DNA from: Camelus ferus
Lineage: Eukaryota
DNA length: 64,000 bases
Reading direction: 5' to 3'
Assembly: GCF_009834535.1 (NCBI RefSeq)
Contig: NC_045697.1
Span: forward strand, 65,908,001-65,972,000
The notes under the pieces are model-generated. The model did not search any database. It saw only the letters and a list, made by a program, of their open reading frames with translations, and had not been told where the DNA came from. Position numbers and translations under genes: made by a program. Shown one piece after another: positions 25,520 through 38,399 of this stretch; positions within the stretch are counted from its first letter, which is position 1; each line of letters begins with the position of its first letter.

Positions 25520-26775
25520 GATCTCTCAAGTAAGTATATTAAAGATGATGGGAGCCAGTTTTCTCACTGTCAGAGAGGAGAGTTACACATATAGAAAAAG
25601 AGAAAACTAAACTGAATCCTGCGTGTTGAACTGGAATTAAAAATAGAGGGATGAAATCATGACTTTGAAGCTATACAGATAGATACAGAAATAAATATAG
25701 ATGTGAACGTGTGTGAGTGTTTTCTAGCTCTGGCCACTGAGAGAGTCTAGGAGCTGCAACCCTCAAACAGCAATACATACAAATAGGGCCCACATACTGC
25801 TTTTTAAATATGCTTTAAGGAACCAGGTCTTTTTGGAAGAATGGTTGATTCCAAGGCTTGGGCTGAAAAAATACAAGATGTACCTGGAACATCCTGTTCT
25901 GCCAAAAAGTAAGGAAGTTCTTAAAAGTGATGATGTTTCATTAAGACACAGAAACCAGCCTGACAGCACATAACACAGGCCAGCTCCGGCACAATTTTAG
26001 CAACAAAATAAATAACAGTAATGAATTATAATCCATTAAATAAAAAATTTATGATATAATACATCAATGAAACATTTCTAATTTGATGAGGAACAGAATA
26101 TTCGCACTATTTCCAAGTAACTCATAACAAAATACTTACTAATTACAGAGTATAAAGGTGTAACTTTATAGTGGAGAATCCTGAGAGTCACTACCCAATC
26201 AGGTGATTAAAGTTAACCTCACCAATGATGGGACAAGTCAAAATCATGCATACTTGATAAGAGTCAATGAAAAGAACACAGCATTGCTTCCATGATATTC
26301 TCACCAAAGATCATAACCCAAATCTAATTATGAGGTAACATCAGGACAGATTAAGGAAGCTTCTACCAGACAACTGGCCTATAATCTTCAAAAATGTCAC
26401 AGTCATGGGAACCAAGGAAAGACTGGGGAACAACTCCAAACTGAAAGAGACATGGCAACTTACAGCAACATGAGATGATGGACTGGATCCTTTCGCTCTA
26501 AAGGATATATCAACGGGCACAAGTGGAATAACTGAATGGAGTCTTGGGATTAGATGACAGGAATGCATCTGTAAGGATTTTTCTTCGTTTTGACATTTAT
26601 GTTATGGTTATGTAGGAGTCGATCCTTGTTCGTTGGAAATACACACTAAAGCATCTAAGGGTAATGGGCATTAATGTTGGCAATGTACTCTCAACTAATT
26701 CAGGGGTGGTGGGAAAGTCCCTTATTCCAGTCTTGCAATTTTCTTTTCAAATTGAGATTAATTCCCAATTAATAA
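25520..26775 (+). mobile_element. L1MC (L1MC3-like) 3' UTR
   Basis: gatgatgggagccagttttctcactgtcagaga, aggaaccagg...gaagaatggttgattccaaggcttggg and taactttatagtggagaatcctg; ends cttgcaattttc...ttgagatta. Confidence 0.82.
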
Positions 26776-26897
26776 GGGGCAGAAAAGCAGAAACAGCAGA
26801 GGCTGTGGCTGGGCTCATAATACTCTCCTTTGCATTTGCTCTCCCCTCCTCTTGGACTCATGACCTTTTCTCTTTCTCCCGCTCAGGCTTTGTAGCC

Positions 26898-26967
26898 TAG
26901 GGAACCCTTTCTTTCTTTCTTCTGTTTTTCTTTCTTTCTTTCTTTTTTCTTTTAGGGAACCCTTTCT
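26898..26967 (-). mobile_element. poly(A)-only retro-insertion decayed to (AAAG)n, with perfect 15-bp TSD
   Basis: TAGGGAACCCTTTCT at 26898-26912 and 26953-26967 flanks a 40-nt T/C tract. The minus-strand junction reads TT|AGAA. Confidence 0.75.
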
Positions 26968-27439
26968 AAGTTGCTGAGCAATTCACAGAGTCTACATTGG
27001 CTACTAGACCTATTGAATGTGAACTGTTATAATAGGAAGTCCAACTGGAAGTCTTTACATCTACATATTTGTACCAAAATAGAAATTCATAAAAATTTCT
27101 TATTTCTGGTGAATTGCCAGCAGTAGTGTCTCCATTAAAAAAGAAAGAAAAGTAGAAAAGAAAAGAAAAACGTAGGAATCCTTATCAATGGTTAAACTAT
27201 GAGTCATGGATGGTTTTATATGATTTGAAGACTGCATACTATCAGCAGGGAGACCCTGAAGTATGTAGAGAAAGAAATATTTCTGGTGAGAATAAATGTT
27301 CAGGGTTACATTTGGCTGTCCACTCCATAGCTGGGAGAGCTGGCTAGAGTTAAACATCCACATTACATGGACAGTGGTAGATGGTTTCATCAGATGATCA
27401 GGAACTTGGAAAGGATGAGATTGGGGGACTGAGGAAAAG

Positions 27440-27700
27440 GAGATCCAAGGAATAGTTAAGTGTAGGGACTCCTCAAAATCAGCATAGCATTTGAGGATAT
27501 GGCTTTCCAGCATGAATGCTCACTAACCACCCCTGCTTCCTACCACAGAAGTGGCCTGTTGAAGATTCAAAGCCATAAAATTTAGGGTTTTGTATGCAAT
27601 GACAGAGACCTAGAACACTTAGTAAAACACATGCATCCCAGAGGATAGTAAACAAATTCTTGAAAGTTGAGGGACAACCACCTCAGGGAATTTCCTGAGA
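27440..27700 (+). mobile_element. ERVL/MaLR internal pol-like fragments
   Basis: 27610 onward translates LEHLVKHMHPRG then decays, resembling ERVL RT LVRHMRARGWEINPTKIQGP. tggcctgttgaagattca near 27553 is integrase-like. Confidence 0.6.
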
Positions 27701-27734
27701 GAAGGCTCAAATTACTAAAATCAGGACTTAAAGA

Positions 27735-30282
27735 AGGAGTAACTCCTAGCCTTTCAGAAATAAAAAATATTTTTGAGAGTACTGTGAAAAACTGTATGCT
27801 AATGAATTAGATAACTCTGATGAAGACAAATTCTTAGAAAGACAAACTATGAAAACTGACTCAAAAAGAAGTATGAAATCTGAAATACCTATATTCAGAG
27901 ATTGAATAAGTAATTTTAAAACTTCCTATATAGAAAAGCCCAGGCTCAGATAGCTTCACTGGCGAATTCTACCAACATTTAAAGAATTAATACCAAGCCT
28001 TCACAAGTCTTCCAAAACATAGAAGAGGAGGAAATACTTCCTAACTCATTCTATGATGCCAGTATTACCCTGATACCAAAACCAGACCAAGAATCAGACT
28101 AATATCTGTTGTGAATATAGATGCAAAAATCGTGAATAAAAAACTTGAAAACTGAATCCAGAACATATAAGAAGTATTCCACAACACGACCAAGTGGATT
28201 TATCTTAGGAATGCAAAGTTAGCTTAACATACAAAAGTCAATCCATGTAGTATACCGTAATACTAGAGTAAAGAACAAGAACCACATGATCATCTTTACA
28301 GGTAGAGCAAATATGCTTGACAAAATCCAAGATCCATTCATGATAAAAACTCTCAGAAAACTAAGAATAGAAATGAAATTTCTCAACCTAGTAAAAATCA
28401 TCTATGAAAAACCTGTAGCTAACATCACACTTACCGGTAAAAGACTAGAATACTTTCCCCTAAGATCAGGAAAAAGACAAGGATGGTTGCTCTAATCACT
28501 TCTATTCAACATTTAGCTGGAGGTTCTATCCAAGGCAATTAGGCAGGAAAAACAAATAAAAGTCATCCAGATTGAAAAGGAATAAGTAGAACTATATCTG
28601 CTTGACATCATACTGTACATAGAAAATTCTAAGAAAGCCATTAAAAATAAACAAACAAAACTCTTAGAGCCATTATATGAGTTCAGAAAGATTGCAAAAT
28701 ACAAGAACAACATGCAAAAATCAATTGTGTCTACACACTAGCAATGAACAGCCAGAAAATGGACTTAAGAAAACAATCTCATGTATAAAAGCATCAAAAG
28801 AATCATATACATAGAAATAAATTTAACAAAGAAGGGCAAAACTTATATTCTGAAAACTACAAAGCACTAGGGAAAAAAAATCAAAGATCTAAATAATTGG
28901 AAAAACATCCCACGTTTATAGATGGGAAAACCTAAAATTGTTAAGATGGCAGTACTTCCCATAATGATCCACAGATTCAACAAAATCCCAACTGACTTTT
29001 TTGTAGAAATTGACAAACTGATTTTAAAATTCATATGGAATTGCAAGGGACACAGAATAGCTAAAACAGTCTTGAAAAAGGACAAAGTAGTAGGATTCAC
29101 TCTTTCTGATTTCAAACTTACTATAAAGCAACAGTAATAAAAATGGTGTGGTTTTAACCCAATGATAAGCATATAGATCAATGGAATAAAATCAAGAGTC
29201 CAGAAATAAACTCATACATCTATTGTCAACTGATTTCAACAAGAGTGCCAAGACCATCCAATGGGCAAAGAATAGTCTTTTGGACAAGCAGTGCCGAAAC
29301 AACTAGATAGCCATATGCAAAAGAGTAAAACTATACCCTTACCTCACATCATATATAAAAATTAACTAAAATTTGTCAAAAACCTAAATATAAGAGCTAA
29401 AACACTTAGAAGAAAACAAAGGTAAATCTTTATGACTTTGGATTCTGCAAAGAATTCTTAAATACAATACCAAAAGTACAAGCAACTAAGTTAAAAATAG
29501 ATAAAGTGGATGTCATCAAAATTAAAAACTTTTGTGTTTCAAAGGATATCACCAAGAAAGTGAAAAGACAACCAATGGAATGGAAAAAAATATTTGTAAA
29601 TCATATATCTGATAAGGGACTTATATCTAGAATATATAAAGAACTCTAATAATTCAATAATAAAAAGACATTTTAAATGGACAATGGATTTGAATAGACA
29701 TATCTTCAAGGAAAATACACAAATATCTGACAGGCGCACAAAAAGATGCTCGACATCATTAGCCATCAGGGAAATGCAAATCAAAACCACAATGGGATAT
29801 TACTTCCCACCTACTAGGATGGCTAGAATCAAAAAGTCCAATAATAACTAGTGTTGATGAAGAACGAAAAAGTCAAAACCCTTATGCCCTACTTACGGGA
29901 ATGTGAAATGGTGCAGCTGCTTTGGAGAACAGTCTGGCAGTTCCTCAAATGATTAAACATAGAGTTACCATATGACCAGCGATTTTACTTCTAACTGTAT
30001 ACACAAGAAAATGAAAACATATGTTCACACAGAACCTTATATATGAGGGGCACAGCAGCATTTTTCATAGTAGTTAAAAGGTGAAAACAACCAAAATGTC
30101 TGTGGACTGATGAATGAATGAACAAAATGTGGCATATACATGCAATGGAATAGTACTTGGCCACCAAAAGGATAGAAATACTGATAATTGCTAGAACATA
30201 AATAAACCTTGAAAATATTATGCCAAGTGAAAGAAGTCAGTCATAGGACACTGTATATTATTTGATTCCATTCATATGAATG
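27735..30282 (+). mobile_element. L1 (L1MB-like) ORF2 RT/C-terminal region and start of 3' UTR, disrupted
   Basis: ORF-track pieces DKIQDPFMIKTL...FPLRSGKRQG (28286) and KMAVLP...[10 protein letters not shown] (28922); ggaaatgcaaatcaaaaccacaatg; many stops and frameshifts. Confidence 0.96.
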
Positions 30283-30289
30283 GCTAATT

Positions 30290-30550
30290 TATGTTTTGAT
30301 ATATGTTGCCTAATTTCCCTCCATATTGTTTGTGGTAACTTATATATCCAGCCACAGACCTATTTCCCTGCCTTTTGCAAAATCTGGGCATAATATTTTA
30401 ATTTTTGCCAGTGTGGTGGACAAAAGGTGACATTAACATTGTTTCCATTGCACATTTTTATTCTTTAGGGAGGTAGCATATATTTCTCTGTGTCTATTTT
30501 CTCAGATGTAAAAGAGCTATTCCTGTTGTTCATCCACTTTGCTATTAGAA
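30290..30550 (-). mobile_element. older L1 (L1ME-like) ORF2 3' fragment
   Basis: tttgatatatgttgcctaatttccctcca...tttaatttttgccagtgtggtgga...cattgtttccattgcacattt. Confidence 0.65.
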
Positions 30551-30889
30551 TTCTTCGGCCAAAAGTTTTTAGCTGCAAGTAACAAAAATGCTTCTGAGCC
30601 CCAGATTAAATATGGAAAAGAATTTATAAGAAAGATTCCAGTTGGCTCATGGGCCCTGAGGGCAGGGAAGTCATCCTGGTCTCCTGGATCTTGGACAAGT
30701 ATCTCCATCCATATCTGACATGTACCTTCTTTCCACTTTTACCCAAAGATCATTCATAATAGTTCTGCAGTCTGAGAAGAAGTCTGTTCAGGCCAGCAGT
30801 CAGATGCATTCAGAACATAACGTTTCTTTATGACAGCCTCTTGATCTAACATGGCTTTATTTCTTCTATTTCCACCCTCTCTCTTAATG

Positions 30890-31035
30890 AGATAAAAATA
30901 TAAAGTAGAAAATAAAAAGATCTATAAAACTGTAAAGCTGGATGGAATTTTAAAGATCATGTAGGCAGATATAAATATAAAATAGGAAGTAAACAGAATT
31001 ATAAAATTGTAGAGCTGGATGGAATTTAAAGATCA
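30890..31035. repeat. diverged tandem duplication, period 77 bp
   Basis: 30890-30959 versus 30967-31035: 9 mismatches and 1 gap over 70 aligned positions (hand alignment). Confidence 0.88.
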
Positions 31036-31175
31036 GATAGCTCATTCCCCAAATTCCCATGACAAAGAAATTTAGGCTTAAAGGGCTAAATAACAGGCCA
31101 AAGCTTTAATTCCAACTATGGGGCCAGATCCACACCCTCAATTCCTCTGCTTTCTAAGTCCTGTGCTCTTTTCCA
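30995..31175 (-). mobile_element. MIR3/MIRc-like fragment
   Basis: ataaaattgtagagctggatggaatttaaagatca...caaagaaatttaggcttaaaagggctaaataac. Confidence 0.55.
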
Positions 31176-33238
31176 AATGTCCTAAGACTTCTGATTACAT
31201 GTATGTCAACCTATTCAGATTTCTTATTTAATAGGTTGTAATCAATAAAAATGACACAACCATCTGAATATACATAACTCTTCATTATATAGAATCATAT
31301 GCTTAATTTCATTTTATTTATATCAATGAGTATATACCTGTATAACAATGAAACTTAGAGATTATTTACTAGCCCAAGATACCTATATTAAAAAAATCAT
31401 TTCTGGAAGACTGAGTTTTTATGTTTCTTAATCTAATTACAAAATTACAATCATTCAATGATTTTTATAGCTGGAATGAAAACTCATCATACAATTATTT
31501 AGTTGAAATAACGTAATAAAATTCCTTGAGTGACCTATCACATAAATCAATTGTCTCAATTAATTAGTTTTGCATCATCCCACAATTTTTTGCATGTACT
31601 TGTTACTAGTTCTGCTCGCCGTATGGAGTGCCTAAAACTCACTGCAGGATACGACATGGAGAGCATCTGTAGTTTGCTGGCATAAAACACGCCTATTGAT
31701 TTGAGTTCTTAAATTTCAGCAGTTAAATCTCACATCAACAAAGATTATTTTCTTCTGAAAAAATTTTCATACTCTGATAATAGTTTTGTGACATGGATAG
31801 TTAAATAGAATAACAAGTTAACTTCACAATTGTAATTGATGTATTTTCAATTCGGGGAAAGCCACTCTCACCGAAATAAGATTATACCATTTTGATTAAA
31901 GAAATATACGGATATATCACAGTATGTTTATTAAAACAAAGGACACATTCTAATGGATTTAGATTTAAATTCCTAACTTGGATAAAAGATGAGCACTTTA
32001 GATTTCCTTAGGCCATCTTTTTACCAGTACATCTTGTGGTTGCCATAGAAAAGTCATCAAAATTGACTCACATGTCATAAAATTTAACGAAGATCTACTG
32101 AACACTCTTACTGTTGAGTACATATTACCCTTCCACAGTGTATTCCAGCAGGCAACTAAGCCCTGGGGTTTATGCAGACGCTGATTTGTATTTTGTATTA
32201 CCTCTATTTTCTGTCACCTAAGTAAAAAGTTGTATTTTCATAAAATCTCACTTGTTTATAATTCATGAGGTTTTACCACAGCTTCTCTACACTTCGAGTG
32301 TTTGATTGCAGGTTTGAGCCTCTGACTTAAATATAAACTTGGGATGTATGTAGTCATTTTTTAAAAAAACCACTAGGAGATTAGGCTTCTCCTAGCTTCT
32401 TTCACAAAATAGTTTTAGGGGAACTTCTCTGAGTGTGTGTTGATTTTCTGGCTATCCAAAATTGGACTTGTTCCCAATAAGTTCCTAGGCCTTTACCTGA
32501 TGGCCTTAGGATACCTAACTTTGATTTAGTTGCCCAGGGACTAGGGTCAAAAAAGCAGCAAGGGGTTGAAAACCCTGGTAGTTCAGCTTGATGTTCTGTC
32601 ATTATGGAAGTTCTCTGACCTGCTTCGTGGCAGTAGTCCAATCCTTCTTGTAATCACTTTAAATGTGTACGTTTTTAACACACGTATCACTAAGCGTCTG
32701 ATCTTTGAGGGCTAAACTGAAGCAAGGTAGGGTCAGGATAGATCACTGTTACAGTGTGCTGACATCTTTATTGGACTGGCTAAGTGATTTCATGCCCCAG
32801 CTTATGAGATCTGTACTAAGGCAAGGAAGCTATTCATATATCATACACATATACAAGACATATATTCTGTTTTTTCAAAGCACCACAAACAAATTTAAAA
32901 CATAAGTTAGAAGATACTAGTTATCTTTCTCTTCATTGAGCATAAATGTGCAAGCCTATAATTGAAAAAGAATTCATTACAACAGTGCCACAAATTCACA
33001 TTACAGAAAAATATTTAAATGCCTGTTTTAAAAGTGAAAAAATAATAATACCCAGTCAGATGCCTTTACCATTTCTAGATTTTGAGGACCATGCATATGA
33101 AAAATGAAGTAGAAGAGATAAAATAGATTTTCCAAGGGAGGAATTAAAATTTATACTTTTAAGATATATTTTTCATGAATCAGGACACAAAAGTTTTGCA
33201 TTTGACTACTTAAAAAATGTTTTCTAACTTTGTTTCTT

Positions 33239-33258
33239 TGTGTGTGTGTGTGTATATA

Positions 33259-33308
<50 letters not shown>
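33239..33308. repeat. (TG)n/(TA)n microsatellite
   Basis: Directly visible. Confidence 0.95.
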
Positions 33309-33309
<1 letters not shown>

Positions 33310-34111
33310 TTTTAATAGAAGTATAGTCAATTTAAAATGTGTCAACTTCTGGTGCTAACTTTGCTTCCCTGCCATGCTTTTTTCATTGGAGATGTAAATC
33401 TAACCATAGTTTTTTTTTTCCCCACATAAACAGAAATTTTAGGGCAAAGATTATGCTGTGCTATGATCAGAAAATGAAATAAATAGCCTAAATCTGGTAC
33501 ACTCTCTGCTACAGTATCAGATATGGCATTTTTATTCATAAAATAAATTTGTAGAGATTTACTGGTTTGGAAACCTACTTCAAATGGCTGGAAGATGAAA
33601 GAGAGTGCTATTCAAATGTTTCTGTGAGTGTTTCAGGCCTTGCCACACCTGAAAGAAGAGGGGGGATTTTTGGAAAGGGGGATTCTCCATGTGTAGGTGA
33701 AAAACCAGTGGAATATATGACTCACTCACTAGCAAATTGTTAGCAACTTATTCACAGGAATTTCCAGGCAAAGAATCTTGTAGAATTACCCAGGAGACTC
33801 CTGAGGAAATAATAAGTACTATTTCCACATTTATTTATAAGATGGACTTAGTGATCTCCAGCTGAGAAGAGTATTTGTCTCCTGTAGTAACCATTCCAAT
33901 GTACCAATTATTACTCTTGTGATCTCTTTTCCACTGTCTAATTAATGGCCTGCAAGCAACAAAGGAAAAAAGTATATAAAATATAGAAGCCTTGATTTTT
34001 CTATTCAAATATGTATATTAAAATGATTCAAATCCTTAAGGTGATGTAAACTCGTAAAACTGTAATCAGTTATTTCACCATCGTCAATGTCCATCACCCA
34101 GAACACCTGTT

Positions 34112-34350
34112 GTTTATCTATTTATCACTTTCTGGGCCAGGCATCCTTCTCAGTGCTTTACAAACACTAATTGACTTAATCCTCAGAAAAACTCTATAAA
34201 GCCTGCTTTTATCCCCATTTTACAGATGGATAAACTGAAGCACAACGAGGTAAAGTAACCTTCTCAAAATACCCAGCAAGTAATGGCAGAGCCTGATACT
34301 ATTCAGACCATCTGGCTTCAGAGTCTGTGCTCTGAACCCTCTTCTATGTG
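34112..34350 (-). mobile_element. MIR SINE
   Basis: tatccccattttacagatggataaactgaagcaca core, plus gccaggca...gtgctttaca and ctggcttcagagtctgtgctct. Confidence 0.92.
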
Positions 34351-35892
34351 CCCTTTGTTTCTCTACCTTTCCTCTTCTGCTCTTCCCTGCATCTGAGAAC
34401 ATCAAATTTCCTTATGAACAAGTGAGAATTTCTTTGTCAGAGGATAAAAAAAAATAGGGGAGGGGAGGGCACAAGATTGAAAGTCTGATAGAGCCAGGCA
34501 TGCATGCAAGGACTCAATGCTAAAAATGAAATTCCACTTGGGATATCTACAACCACAGCCTAATGCTAATGTTTACTGGAGGTAATAAATATGTGCTATA
34601 ATTTCACACCTACAAGAAGTGAAGAAATCAGCATGCCTGTGGAAATAAATGTGGTTCATAGGATGGTGCTATGGACAAATAGAAGACAAAGTGCTTGGAT
34701 TATATCACGGGAATGTGGGAAAGTTGCAGACTCTTTTGCCATGATGCCCATTGCCCTAAATTTAAGAACAGAGGTAAGCATAAAATAGATTTAATGCAGT
34801 AACCATAAAATTAAGATAAAAATACCAACCCATATCTCAGAGATATTGTCACAGTAACTAATAAAATGACTATAAGCAAGGGAAAGAAGTTCTCTAGTAA
34901 ATTGAAAAATAGATGTCTCTTGACAATAACAAAATTAAAGTCTTCTCATTTAATGAGGAAGGAACAATACAAAAAATTTTAATATACAGCTGTCACTTTA
35001 CTGGCTGTTTTATCTCCACATGCATCTCAAATGACATGAAGAATATTCATAAATGGAGTAAAGTTACACAAACAGAGCCATAAGTTCATGAACTAAGACG
35101 AATAGGGTTTGTGATTACAGCAAATGAAATTTTGCGCCTTAATCCAAAAGAAGAAATTCTTGGTAAAACCTATGACAGTCACTGGTCTAAATGAGCCCAA
35201 TAGACCTGAAAAAGTATGTGCATCTCCAGGAACATTTACTGCAAGGAGAGGCATAGGAATGAGGGTCTGAAGTCCACCGAGGGTCTTCTACTACCTACTA
35301 CAATAGTTTTAAAACCTTGCATCCTTGTCAGATAGAATCTGCAATTTACTACTTTGGAGATCCATTAAACCTCAGAGTCACACATGGCATTTAGATGCTT
35401 GTGTAAAAGATGCAAATTGATTAGCAACATGACAAGTAGGGAAAGTGTCCTCTGCAACTGATTCGTGGAAGCTCTTTGAGGAACAGGTCTTTCTGATTTT
35501 TCAGTTAAAACCTAAAGTCAATTGGGACAAAAGCATTTAATCTAAGAGTTATTGATCCTTCTTGAGTGAGTATTATTTCTATATTCCAAAGTCTAACACA
35601 GCTGACTTTGTTAAAAAGTAATAATAATAATTTAATTTGCAAGTTTCATATAAATAGTTACATGAGCTGAAGCTGATGGTAGCAAAAGAAAACCCATTCT
35701 TTACATATTCTAGGGTTTCCTTTTTGAGAATGACATCTTTTATCTTTTTTTGACCTTTTATTCCTGGTTTAAACAAAGGAGTAAGGATTTTCTATGGTGC
35801 ATTCCATATTTCTTTCAATCACACTTCTGCTTTAAATGTTCTTAACTAGAGATTTTAAAATCAGAAAGTTAGGTAGCAGTCTTGACAAATTT

Positions 35893-36580
35893 AATTATTC
35901 AATTCAAGTATTTATTAATCACTTACTATGTATAGGATACACAGATGCTGTGGGGATACAGAGAAGACAGAATAGTTTGTGAGGTTTCAAATTTAATAAG
36001 AGATGAATCAAATCAAGTTAAGTAATTATGCAGTACGTGTATATTAAAATACCACTGGACAGACTGAGAGAGTCCAACTGCAAGCGATACATCTGTGCAT
36101 TCAAGTTCGAGAATCACTTTTCTAAAAACTGAAATATGATACTTTCAGACTGTATCAGATCATTGATGTGGTTTTCTGATAGTTAAAACATTTGCCCAAA
36201 ATGAGTAAGGATTTATTGCCATTAATAAGGTGTTTTTTCCTCAGTGGTAAAATTTTTCCCAAGATAGAATTTCTAATAGGTTTGATGGGAACATGAGCCA
36301 GAGTAGAATTAAATATTATATGCATAGATAATCTTCATGCCAGTGGTGTCTGATTCAGTGTCAGATAAATGGTTCAACAAGAATTTAGTGAAGAAAGATG
36401 ACTGTATGAAAGTGAGATGGGAAGAAATCATGATGGATATGTACCATAAACACTGATTTGGCAGAAGGTAAAAGAGAGGCCATTGCAGGTGGGAAAGAGT
36501 GTGGGCAAAGACTTGAAGACGGAATTGCTCAAGGAATATAGGTGGAAGTATACCACGGGATGGGGGTTGGGGGAGGGAGT
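35893..36580 (-). mobile_element. fragmented L2 3' region
   Basis: attcaagtatttattaatcacttactatgtatagga...tggggatacagagaaga, later cattgcaggtgggaaagagtgtgggcaaagacttgaag. Interrupted by other sequence. Confidence 0.6.
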
Positions 36581-36739
36581 AATTAAGAATTAGAATTCTA
36601 CATCTGAGAAGCAGAATGATATTAACAACAAATCTATCCACATCCACACACACACAGACAGACACACACACATATACACTTAGGTATATATGTATGATGT
36701 CTTCATTTATTTATATCTATAATGAAGAAACTGGACTAA

Positions 36740-36905
36740 ATCACTGATTGGCCAATACATGAGGCACAAGTATGCTGCCTGTTAAAATAACAGATTTCTA
36801 GGCCTCACCTCCAAAGTGATGACAGCTGGGCCTAGAGCCTGGGCTCCTCAGTTGTGTGAGCTCTTTCCTGATTCTGTTGCTCTAGCATACTTGGTAACTG
36901 GAACT
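36740..36905. mobile_element. MER5-like hAT fragment
   Basis: ctgttaaaataacagatttctaggcctcacctcca...gggcctag...ctctttcctgattctg. Confidence 0.5.
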
Positions 36906-37254
36906 TAATGAACTCTTCTAGCTTTAATATTTAAGACTCAATGCTTAGGAAACCCAAGAGCAGAATTCTTGAACTGGGCATTTGACACAATTTTGATGAG
37001 ATTAAAAAAAGGTGGTTGAGGCAAGTTTATCAAAAAAACAAACAAGCTAAAGAGGTGACACACATTCTGAATACTATAGAAAGCCAAAATCTGTTAGAAA
37101 TTTTATCATTCTTAACACACATTTTTAATATAAATATATAAATTCAGGCTGACTACTTTTTAAGATACAAAGAGAAAGAACATACTAAACAATTATGTTG
37201 CTTGCTTATTTTGGGATATTATTGGAATGAATTAATACTATTGGTTCAACCTGC

Positions 37255-37257
<3 letters not shown>

Positions 37258-37292
<35 letters not shown>
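37258..37292. repeat. (TA)n microsatellite
   Basis: Directly visible. Confidence 0.97.
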
Positions 37293-37298
<6 letters not shown>

Positions 37299-37554
37299 GA
37301 TATTTTGTTATCTGCCATCTAAATTTTTTAAATTATATTTCAATACATTGGGTTGTACTTTCTTGAAGCCACTCAGCATGTATCTTCTACATAATACTGT
37401 ATATGCATACTTCTTAGAGACTTTTTAAGAGAAAATATATATAACAACTATATTGAGTGCTTTATAAACCATATTTTCCAAAGCTAGACAAGATTTTGTC
37501 AGTGAAAATGTGATTTAATTGAGTGCTGCCTTCAAATGGCATTCTCTACTGGAT

Positions 37555-37925
37555 GTCATGGAGATATGCAAATGAAGTTAAAGACATTGTCCTCATTCTC
37601 AGAGAATTTACAATATAATAGGGGAACAAGATGCAGATGAAAAGATATAATAACACATGCAAAGACGACATGAAAACAGGTACAAATTAATGTAACACAA
37701 AACATCAGCGCTAAGAGAAATGGAATAATGGAATGATCAGTGTGTGTACAACTATTCAAGTGGTCTTGATGAAGAAATTTTATTTTAAATGGATGTTTGA
37801 TAGAGGCACAAAAATGGATCAAGAGACAAATAGTGGAAAGGATATTCTATTCAGAAAGCATGGCAAGACCTCTGGAGAACAAAGGGGTAGAAGAAAGAGC
37901 AAGTAACTCAATATGATTGCTAAAA
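37555..37925 (-). mobile_element. L2 fragment
   Basis: ggagatatgcaaatgaagttaaagacattgtcctcattctcagagaatttacaatataatagggg...ggatattcta...gcatggcaag. Confidence 0.7.
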
Positions 37926-38399
37926 GATAGAAAACTTGTGCCCAAATAATAAAAATATGATATAACTCCATTTGATTCTGTTGACAGTGAACACTTATTC
38001 ATCAAATCATATTTTTCATTTTATGTAGTATTCTGTGGAGCTTTAGTATTTCAACATTCACTGAAAACCAGTGGCTAAAGAATACTGAAATATTGGTAAA
38101 GTTTAAAAAAAACAGGAGAGAGATGGAGTTTGACCTAACACGAACACTTTTAAAAGTTTATCCACAATATCTTAAAAATATAACCGCAACACTCTTGCTC
38201 TTACAGTTGGGTCAGCCTTGCAACGATCAGTTCTAAAAGCACAGACAGCAGTTTTAAGTTAAAAAGGGTATTCCGAGAAAAATTTTGGAAATCTAATGCA
38301 AAGTATGGATATATTCAATCTATAGTTAATCTTTTATTATAAAAATTCAGGTTCATAATCTAAAAGTAAAATAGCATTGACAGTTGAAGATTTAGAAAT

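Noticed and set aside
27735..30282. Reverse-transcriptase-like ORFs as an active or domesticated element
   Set aside because: Ordinary L1 ORF2 broken by many stops and frameshifts.
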